Positions 43,947 to 50,812 of a DNA stretch of 64,000 bases are shown piece by piece; within the stretch, counting starts at the first letter, position 1, and every line of letters begins with the position of its first letter. A program made the translations under genes and the position numbers. The notes below the pieces were generated by a model, which saw nothing but the letters and a program-made list of their open reading frames with translations, did no database searches and was not told where the DNA came from. The stretch lies in contig CAVZNX010000014.1 of the NCBI GenBank assembly GCA_963776795.1, forward strand, positions 94,044 through 158,043, read 5' to 3'. Source of the stretch: an uncultured Chloroflexia bacterium (GTDB lineage Bacteria; Chloroflexota; Anaerolineae; Anaerolineales; UBA4823).

Positions 43947-44600
43947 TCAGTACGGGCAATCGGCTTCGGCGACCTCCCGGTGCGGGATGTTTCCGGCTTC
44001 TTCTACTTTATAGGCGATCAGGTTGTAGTATGCCTTGCCATTGTCTGGCGAGACCTGGTAGCTGAGCCGGCCGACAACGGTGGCCAGCTCACCTTTATGT
44101 AATCCAGCCAGTGCCTTGGGGACCGACTCATCCCCTTCTTTGGATGTGAAGCCTTTTACGGTCAACCACAGCGAAGGCTTATAGCTTCCCGTCGCGTCCT
44201 TACCCTGGCTCAGGGCCATGCGTACTCGGCTCCACAGGTTGCCAGCCTCTGAATAGCGGCTGTCAGTGTCCTGGCCGACACGCAGGGTGAGATAGGCATA
44301 GTTGCGCAGCCTGCCATCACTGGGCGCAGGTTCGATCCTGGTCGGGAAGAAAATGATCATGCTCTGACCATCCTTCTCTTCATATGCCAGGCGACCCACC
44401 AGGGTCAGCTCACCCATTGATAGGATGCCTGCCGTCCCTTCAAGGGCTACGATACGCAGCGGCATCGAGGCGCCTTTTTCGATGGGTAAGGTGGCCAGTC
44501 CGATCGCGTACGGCTTGCCTTCCTTGCTGGTCTTATGCTCTACTGAGCTGACATTCACGGTAAAGACCGCGAAGTTCTTGAATTCTGACCTTGTAGTCAT
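43947..44600 (-). CDS. Hypothetical protein with two OB-fold/SSB-like halves
   Basis: 217 aa with AAGGAG RBS. ELTLVGRLAYEE... and LWLTVKGF...LHKGELATVVGRLSYQV...YNLIAYKVEE follow the SSB OB-fold pattern. This rests on pattern only. Confidence 0.35.
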   Translation of the reverse strand: MTTRSEFKNFAVFTVNVSSVEHKTSKEGKPYAIGLATLPIEKGASMPLRIVALEGTAGILSMGELTLVGRLAYEEKDGQSMIIFFPTRIEPAPSDGRLRNYAYLTLRVGQDTDSRYSEAGNLWSRVRMALSQGKDATGSYKPSLWLTVKGFTSKEGDESVPKALAGLHKGELATVVGRLSYQVSPDNGKAYYNLIAYKVEEAGNIPHREVAEADCPY

Positions 44601-44947
44601 GGTGTATTACTCCTTATGAGTGTGTTGTGAAAAACATTCGATGGATCCGGGTAACCGGTGTACAGGCATTGGCCGTCCATTACCAGGCCAATGCAGGTGG
44701 ATCGCGAGCCTGGGGGTGCGGTCTGGGCAGGGAAAAATGGACCTGCTGCCCTGCGAAGAGCCCGCACCCCGCCAACCCGCAATGATGATTGAGCAGGAGT
44801 AGGCAGAGACCAGGGCTCTACTTGCAGCCTGTGAAAATATGGGCTGGTATCTGCGCCTATCCATTCAGAAATTTGCTCTTGATCTCTCTTGCAGAAATAA
44901 GGAGGGAACGGCATCCAGCCATTCCTTTGGTGCAAGCGTACTCTCGC

Positions 44948-45145
44948 TCACTCCTCTGAAAAAGACTGGTCGTCTTGATACTCCTGAATGGTCTCCTGGA
45001 TGGAAAGCCATTCAGGCATTCGCCTGGGCCTGAAGTATGCCAGGATGTTCTTCCCGGATCGAAGCATCAAAGTGAGCGCCAGGGTCCAGAAGCAGGCGAC
45101 CAGAATCCCTGCCAGGCAGATGAACAGCATTACGGCTTCTCTCAT
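44948..45145 (-). CDS. Small single-pass membrane protein (65 aa)
   Basis: GGAGG RBS 6 nt before the ATG at 45145. MREAVMLFICLAGILVACFWTLALTLMLR. The longer listed ORF (to 45274) would run through a terminator hairpin. Confidence 0.45.
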   Translation of the reverse strand: MREAVMLFICLAGILVACFWTLALTLMLRSGKNILAYFRPRRMPEWLSIQETIQEYQDDQSFSEE

Positions 45146-45237
45146 GGTTGCCTCCAGTGTATTTTTGATATCTTTTTTTACGGTACTGCTGCGAATGGGA
45201 GCATCCCATTCGATGCAGCACAAAATACCCCTTTTCC

Positions 45238-45491
45238 TCAAAAAAGTGGAGAGAGGCGGATGGCCTCTCTCCATGGCGGGGACCGCCGCAGCTCACCAGT
45301 CTCGTCCAGGGATTCAGACCCTCGCAGGAGACTGGATCGCGAAGTCTCCCGACTGACGGGTGTGATCAAACCAGGAGGAGGGATGGAGGTTGCTCTCGCC
45401 CGCAGATGTCATACTCCAGGGCGATAGGTTATCCAGCAGGGATCGAACCTGCTCATGGACGGCATGCGTCCAGTGTGCACCAGCCGGATAA
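45238..45491 (-). ncRNA. Candidate ~250-nt ncRNA: 5' tRNA-like module (45428-45491) plus structured body plus intrinsic terminator (45238-45273)
   Basis: Minus strand: acceptor TTATCCG/TGGATAA (7 bp, one G-U). T-arm GCAGG-TTCGATC-CCTGC. Anticodon-like arm TGGAC-GCATGCC-GTCCA. The D-arm region is only 12 nt. Terminator GGAGAGAGGC-CATCC-GCCTCTCTCC followed by ACTTTTTT. Confidence 0.45.
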
Positions 45492-45527
45492 GGAAATTAA
45501 ATGCGCTGTGATGCTCGGGAATTCTGG

Positions 45528-46316
45528 TTACCGTTTGGTGTACTGGATCAGTTTTTGGGCGACCAGGCACGTCTGGGCATAGGCGGCCCAGACCTCATCG
45601 GGAGCCTGGCCATCGGATAGGTTCGCCAGCACGCTGGCCTGGTGGGCTGCGATCAGGAAGGAACGCAGGTTCTCTGAATAGATACGGCTTCCCAGGGAAC
45701 CTGATACCCGGATGCGATCCTTAAGTTTCAGGATGACAGCCCGCCCGTCCACCCGCTGGTCCAGGAACTGGACCGTCACATAATGGGGTGTCCGCCGTTC
45801 CCGCCCATGGTTGCCAGCTGCAGGGGTGGAGGCGGTGTGCCGGTCGTAAACGGCCAGGCGTAGAAAAAGGTGCCCACCATATTCCCAGACCCTGGCCACC
45901 ACGCCATCGACGCGGGCGAAACTTGCAGGTGAAAACCTGGCCGGATCCAGCAGCTCCAGGGTCTCCGGGACGACACAGGTCACGGAGCGTTTGACCTGGG
46001 CGCTCGAGGCAGCCAGCAGCTCAGGGATGCGTTTGACAAGCTCCTCTTCCCGGGCTTTGAGCAGAAAATCGCGCAGGGTCTCCCACTGGGGGAGGTCATC
46101 CAGGTAGCCAGTGATGTGTAGCGCGTCGCCTTTCAGCAGGCTGACATCCCGCCCACCGACCTGGCCTCCAGGCAGCCTCAGGGTCAGCCGTGGGTCGACC
46201 TGGTTTGGGATGGTGTCCAGCTCTTTTTCTGCATCCGTTGCACCGGTATCGATACGGGCGAAGACATCCCCGGTCGAACGGGACCAGATCTTGGTCACAT
46301 GGCCTGCCAGGTCCAC
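45528..46316 (-). CDS. Double OB-fold SSB-like protein
   Basis: 262 aa with a GTG start. An AAGGAGG ~70 nt upstream suggests a frame-shifted longer N-terminus. Second half: HYVTVQFLDQRVDGRAVILKLKDRIRVSGSLGSRIYSENL, an SSB-like pattern. The first half is analogous (LAGHVTKIW...LLKGDALHITGYL). Confidence 0.4.
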   Translation of the reverse strand: MDLAGHVTKIWSRSTGDVFARIDTGATDAEKELDTIPNQVDPRLTLRLPGGQVGGRDVSLLKGDALHITGYLDDLPQWETLRDFLLKAREEELVKRIPELLAASSAQVKRSVTCVVPETLELLDPARFSPASFARVDGVVARVWEYGGHLFLRLAVYDRHTASTPAAGNHGRERRTPHYVTVQFLDQRVDGRAVILKLKDRIRVSGSLGSRIYSENLRSFLIAAHQASVLANLSDGQAPDEVWAAYAQTCLVAQKLIQYTKR

Positions 46317-46604
46317 CTGGTTGCAGTCATAGCGTTCGGGGGCAGCAGATGGTAATAAATCGTGGGGTGATCAAATCAAAATACCTCCTTGGTGGATCCC
46401 CAGGCAAGCCTTTTCATTGATCGACCTGCCTGGGTCTCAAAAGTAATAATGAACATTACAATGATTGCAATCGCTTGAAAACGGTCTCAATTGTTAAGGT
46501 TCGTGTCATCCTGTAAACAGGTCCACTTGATCAGTGACCTGCCAGATCCTTGAGAGAGGGAAGGCAGGTGGCCTTCCCTCAGGCACGCTGCGCAAGCGGA
46601 CGGG

Positions 46605-47459
46605 TCAGGCAGGCTGCAGCTCGGCCTCGACGAAAGCCAGGTACTTGCGGGCCGCAGCCTGGTCCAGGCGGGCCTGTTCCGTGGCTGGTTTCATTTCATT
46701 CGCATACCAGCGCAGTGCAGCCAGGCCAGCGTCAAGACCGCGCGGGTTCTCCTTGACCAGCCTGTGTAAGCTCCAGCCGGAGTAGGCCTTCCCGTAGCGG
46801 ATCAGGTATGCACCAGGATCTTGATCAGGCTGTACGTCAGGCGCAGGCACGGGTTGCGCGGGGTCGTCAAATCCCAGTTCTTTCAGGATCTCACCTCTCG
46901 ATCTGGGGATCTTAGGACCACTGCCATTGTTCCCATCACCATGCCCGGGGGGATGTGGGCTGTTGCCATTCCCACCCGGTTGAGAGGCTGCACCCAGCAG
47001 CAGGCTGGCATTATGGTGGTCAAGCTGCCCTTTATATACCGGCAGCTGGAAGCACAGCGACTTGAGGGCTGCACCGATCGCGGCCGTGCGCGCCCCTTCT
47101 TCAGCGTAAGCAAAATCATTGGTGTTGGCCCCACCGGTGATGATGGGGTACCAGTTCACCAGGTCCTGCTCGTTGATCAGGGCATAGCTGAAGACTGCGT
47201 ACTTCAGGTGGGCGGTGACCCGCTTGCCCTCACCCAGCCCGATGAACACCATGTCCTCCGGGCTGTATTCCAGCTTCCAACCCAGCCCGCGCAGGCCGAA
47301 GACCTGGGTGGCGCGCTCGATCATGTAGCCGGTGTTGATGTCTGTCAGGTCAGCACCGCCGGGCACACCCCGATAAGCCTGCGGCTCGAAAGGCAGGGCC
47401 AGCCTGTCCACGATCTGGCTGACCGGTATGCCGGTCAGCGAAAAGAGCTTGTCGTTCAT
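46605..47459 (-). CDS. Rad52/22-family single-strand annealing protein (phage recombinase-like)
   Basis: DINTGYMIERATQVFGLRGLGWKLEY parallels the Rad52 [20 protein letters not shown] block. EEGARTAAIGAALKSLCFQL parallels KEAVTDGLKRALRSFG. Gly/Pro-rich linker and C-terminal tail. GGAGG RBS. Confidence 0.55.
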   Translation of the reverse strand: MNDKLFSLTGIPVSQIVDRLALPFEPQAYRGVPGGADLTDINTGYMIERATQVFGLRGLGWKLEYSPEDMVFIGLGEGKRVTAHLKYAVFSYALINEQDLVNWYPIITGGANTNDFAYAEEGARTAAIGAALKSLCFQLPVYKGQLDHHNASLLLGAASQPGGNGNSPHPPGHGDGNNGSGPKIPRSRGEILKELGFDDPAQPVPAPDVQPDQDPGAYLIRYGKAYSGWSLHRLVKENPRGLDAGLAALRWYANEMKPATEQARLDQAAARKYLAFVEAELQPA

Positions 47460-47647
47460 GATTGATTACCTCCTGAGGTAGACCGCCCCTGCAATGAGAG
47501 GCGGTGGATAGGAACACCTCTCGCTGCAAGGATGGAACTGCCTGGCGGATGTCAGGATCTACTCGCCCAGAACTACAGACCGGTATCGTCCGTCTCTTTG
47601 CATGTTAAGGTGCCTTGCGTGATCCGCATCTAGCGGACCGATCGCAG

Positions 47648-47693
47648 TCAACCTCCCGGGACTCGAACCCGGGTTCAGGCCTGCCCGAGGTTG
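47648..47693 (-). ncRNA. tRNA-like minihelix (acceptor stem plus T-arm only) at the 5' end of the Rad52-like gene leader
   Basis: Minus strand: CAACCTC-GGGCAGGCCTGAAC-CCGGG-TTCGAGT-CCCGG-GAGGTTG-A. Perfect 7-bp acceptor, canonical T-loop with the G53-C61 pair. No D arm or anticodon arm. Confidence 0.45.
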
Positions 47694-47871
47694 AATAAGT
47701 TTATATTCCTATCCCAATGCATCGCACTTAAATGACCTGGAAGAAGCGGTTTTGCCATGGCCAGGTTGGCACGGGCGCCTTGGTTATCACCAGACGCAGT
47801 CCCGATCGATCCTGGTAAGACAATATAACCATCCTCTGCCACTTGGTGCACGGCTTTCGGCCATTGCCTGC

Positions 47872-49161
47872 CTACCACTCTTCTATCCATAACGGCGTCT
47901 CCTCGCTAATGTCGGGAACTTTACAGGCGATCAACGTTTCAAGGTCGGTAGCGATCCCATGCAGGTTTTTCAGTTTACAATCCCCGACCAGCCGCGCCCG
48001 GCGCTTCGCATTTCGGGCACACAGCGCGACCCGGCCTTGGAGCTGGGAGAGGTTGCGCCATTTTGCATCCAGTTCCTTGCTGGAGAGCTCCACCTCCACG
48101 AAGGTCGTCTCTGGCGGGCTGCCAGGGAAACAGCGGCTGACAGAGACGTCCGGAACCGCATTGGTCTGCACCGTCTCCAGTTTCGGCAGCACACCCACCT
48201 GGTAGCCGCGGAATCGAGCGTGCATGGCGAAGATCATCAAGGCCAGGGTGTGCTGGGGATACTGCTCACCCTGGTGGTAGCGGTTCACGCGCTGGCGTTC
48301 TGTTTCCACAATATTCCAGCCGAGCACCTGGCACAGCTCACGCCCGTCCTCGGTCAACTGCAGCATCGCCAGCGACGTGTTCGGCGCGCTCATCTCCAGG
48401 ATCTCGATGCTCACGAAATTCTTTGCGACCATGTTGTCATACACCCTCCTCAACGCCCCGGTGCGAGAGCTGATCCCTTCGACCAGGCTGATCAGGTGAT
48501 CGATCTCCAGGCGGACATCCAGGCCACGCGCCAGCAGGTAGACCACGTACAGCTTGCGGCGTACCTGGCGCTCCTGGTCGGTCCCGGTCATCCTGGGTTG
48601 CTGAAAATGGTTCTGGAAACGCGCCGGGAGGGTCGAGGGAAGCCTGAGGCTGCGCAGTTCAGCTAGCAGCTCATGGTGGATGAAAGCCTGGCCCATCGTA
48701 TCGATCCTTTCCAGCCCAGGAGCCTGAGGACTCCGGAGCACAGGATCCTGATCCAGGGGATCTGGTGGCTGATCACCGGTTGGCTGAACGCTACCTATCC
48801 AGCTGTTATTGCTAACGACCGGCTTATGATCACCGGATACCAGATGGGCTAGTTTTTCCTTGAGGGCCTGGTTCTCGCGTGTCAACCGTTCGAGTTCAAT
48901 GGGCGCGCTTGCATTCCATCCTTCCAGACCTGGTGCTACAGGCAGGCTGTTATAGAATCTCCGCCACTCATCAGGCCCCCAGCTTTCCGGGGCATACGGG
49001 TCGGCGCGCCTGATCTCTTCGATCTGTGGACCCGCAAGCCGTTGGGCCTGCTCGGTCAGGACACTGCGGAATTCCCGCAGGGCATTTTCGGCCTGCTGGC
49101 GGAAATGGCGTTCGGCGTCCAGCAGGTCATCCAGGGCATTGCTGCGCACATCACCAGGCAT
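47872..49161 (-). CDS. Coiled-coil / wHTH / PD-(D/E)xK-like nuclease-fold protein (replication-relaxation-like?)
   Basis: 429 aa. GAGG RBS before the ATG at 49161. Predicted wHTH region RKLYVVYLLARGLDVRLEIDHLISLVEGIS...LQLTEDGRELCQVLG. Then HTLALMIFAM...VPDVSV...TFVEVELSSKE, which could be a D...ExE/K nuclease motif. Confidence 0.35.
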   Translation of the reverse strand: MPGDVRSNALDDLLDAERHFRQQAENALREFRSVLTEQAQRLAGPQIEEIRRADPYAPESWGPDEWRRFYNSLPVAPGLEGWNASAPIELERLTRENQALKEKLAHLVSGDHKPVVSNNSWIGSVQPTGDQPPDPLDQDPVLRSPQAPGLERIDTMGQAFIHHELLAELRSLRLPSTLPARFQNHFQQPRMTGTDQERQVRRKLYVVYLLARGLDVRLEIDHLISLVEGISSRTGALRRVYDNMVAKNFVSIEILEMSAPNTSLAMLQLTEDGRELCQVLGWNIVETERQRVNRYHQGEQYPQHTLALMIFAMHARFRGYQVGVLPKLETVQTNAVPDVSVSRCFPGSPPETTFVEVELSSKELDAKWRNLSQLQGRVALCARNAKRRARLVGDCKLKNLHGIATDLETLIACKVPDISEETPLWIEEW

Positions 49162-49670
49162 GGACCGCCTCGCATCCGGGGAGGAGTTTTCTGTTCATCG
49201 AAGAGGGCTCTAACATACGCAGAGCTAGGCACAGGGGTTCCTTGTGGCGCTGGTGGTGCAGACAGGCTGTGCAGCGCTTCATCCAGGGCTTCCAGAGCAG
49301 ATGCCCTTGTTGCGGCTCCGACGGACCAGGCGCTGACCGCCTGTGCCGCGAGGGCCAGTTTTTCCCGTTGATACTCCAGGGAAGGCTGGCCCTCGCTTGT
49401 ATGGCGCAGGATACGCTCCACAGCCAGCTGGGCGCGCACCGGGTCAGGCCCGGCATTGAGCAGTTCAGCCAGCGTTTCAGCTTCCACCTGCAGGTCCTTG
49501 AGCTCTCTCCCGTACAGGCGGCGTGCCTTCAGGACCTGCCATTCTGAACGGGTCAGGAGCCGGTCGCCTGAAGGCTGGTAGGCATGACCCAGGTAGCCCA
49601 GGCAAGCCAGGAGGAGGATGGCTGCCAGGCAGACCAGGGGAATGCGGAGTTCAGAAAGGTCAAGTTCCAT
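49056..49670 (-). CDS. Single-pass membrane protein with an Ala-rich helical ectodomain
   Basis: The ATG at 49670 (MELDLSELRIPLVCLAAILLLACLGYL) is 5 nt after the upstream stop. The 3' end overlaps the next gene by ~105 nt, so the true stop may differ (possible frame shift). Confidence 0.35.
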   Translation of the reverse strand: MELDLSELRIPLVCLAAILLLACLGYLGHAYQPSGDRLLTRSEWQVLKARRLYGRELKDLQVEAETLAELLNAGPDPVRAQLAVERILRHTSEGQPSLEYQREKLALAAQAVSAWSVGAATRASALEALDEALHSLSAPPAPQGTPVPSSAYVRALFDEQKTPPRMRGGPCLVMCAAMPWMTCWTPNAISASRPKMPCGNSAVS

Positions 49671-49675
49671 ACGGT

Positions 49676-50122
49676 TCAACGAAAGCGAAGGGAGGTGGCA
49701 GCAAAAGCCGATAGCGTGACGGATGAGCGTCCGCCGGCTGCGCTGAACAATACTGGCACCTCTGCAGACGCAGAACACAGCACCTGGTGGTTAATATCAT
49801 CAAGTGTGAGACCGTAAACCGGAGCGAAGGCCATGCGGGTGCGCTCGTTCAGCGTGGCAAGAAAAGTGTTGAAAGCCACTTCGTACACTTCACCTTCATT
49901 CCCGATCTGGGTCTGGCCAGTATTGGTGTATGCCAGCCTGTCGCCAGCTGTCCAGGCAGCCGCTTCACAGGCGGCGTCCGTGGCCGTTTGCAGCCTGCCG
50001 CGGACATATAAAAGGCGGGTGCCATCGACCACGAGCAGCATGAGCGGCAAGAACACGGTCGTCAGGAACGCAGCGGTCCAGGCCAGTGAAGAACCCTGCT
50101 CACTACGCTTTGATCGCCTCAC
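49676..50122 (-). CDS. TadG/TadE-G-like (Tad_N) pseudopilin-like protein
   Basis: QGSSLAWTAAFLTTVFLPLMLLVVDGTRLLYVRGRLQTATDAACEAAAW matches the Flp-pilus TadE/G-like N-terminal pattern. Confidence 0.55.
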   Translation of the reverse strand: MRRSKRSEQGSSLAWTAAFLTTVFLPLMLLVVDGTRLLYVRGRLQTATDAACEAAAWTAGDRLAYTNTGQTQIGNEGEVYEVAFNTFLATLNERTRMAFAPVYGLTLDDINHQVLCSASAEVPVLFSAAGGRSSVTLSAFAATSLRFR

Positions 50123-50562
50123 CAGCCCTCCTGCCGGAAATAAGAACTGGCTGAGCTTGTGAAGGTCCCCGGTGTGCCCACCCCAAAGATGCTTGCCAGG
50201 CCCCCGAAATAATTGGGAACGGAGTAGCTCACCACAACGACCATCAGGTCACCAGGCTCGCCACCGCCTGATACGCTGACAGAGTAGGTCCCGACGGGGA
50301 TCGCCTCCAGCATCTGGTAAGCGCTGGAGGCAGCGACTCCCGAAGCATTGGACTGGGCTACGGAACCCATGCGTGCCCCATAGTTGGCCGCATTCCCGGC
50401 GTTCACTGCCGCGAACCCGAGGATCGCCAGGTTGACCAGGCCCATGGAGATGAGCAGGAGTACAGGCAGCACCAGGGCGGCTTCGTCCAATTCAGCACGG
50501 CGGTCAGCTAGAAGTTTGCGCATGGGTTCCAGGCTCTCGATGCTAGATCGCCGCAGCGACAT
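50119..50562 (-). CDS. TadE-like pseudopilin
   Basis: RRAELDEAALVLPVLLLISMGLVNLAILGF. 4-nt overlap with the downstream gene. Confidence 0.55.
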   Translation of the reverse strand: MSLRRSSIESLEPMRKLLADRRAELDEAALVLPVLLLISMGLVNLAILGFAAVNAGNAANYGARMGSVAQSNASGVAASSAYQMLEAIPVGTYSVSVSGGGEPGDLMVVVVSYSVPNYFGGLASIFGVGTPGTFTSSASSYFRQEGW

Positions 50563-50692
50563 CCTGAAAGGTCTGGGCTACCTTGGCACCCAGGGGAGAC
50601 AGGCCGATGATGGCTGCGATAACGAACAGTGCGATCAGCAGGGCTTTTTCATCGAGTTCAGCTGAGGTATCTTTAAATATTCGTTTGAGCAT
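50543..50692 (-). CDS. flp: Flp-family type IVb pilin
   Basis: MLKRIFKDTSAELDEKALLIALFVIAAIIGLSPLGAKVAQTFQDVAAAI. Flp-like length and layout. AAGGAG RBS upstream of the ATG at 50692. Confidence 0.6.
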   Translation of the reverse strand: MLKRIFKDTSAELDEKALLIALFVIAAIIGLSPLGAKVAQTFQDVAAAI

Positions 50693-50812
50693 TTTTCGAT
50701 AAATTCTCCTTATTTTTGTTTTGAGCTGCATTCAATGTAAATACAGCTATTCAGGTACGGATGGGTAGTCGTTAGGGTATTTTTCCTATTTGATCCAGTA
50801 CACCTCCTTTCA

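Noticed and set aside
44597-44935. 112-aa minus-strand ORF between the small membrane protein and the OB-fold gene
   Set aside because: The translation is Pro/Arg/Gly-rich with no RBS or motif. The real downstream gene has its own strong AAGGAG RBS at 44600, so this region is more likely a non-coding leader.
45428-45491. Calling the two T-arm-containing elements (45428-45491 and 47648-47693) ordinary tRNA genes
   Set aside because: The first has a truncated D region and an anticodon loop with C33/C37. The second has no D arm or anticodon arm at all. Neither can be a standard decoding tRNA as the sequence stands. They are reported as tRNA-like elements instead.
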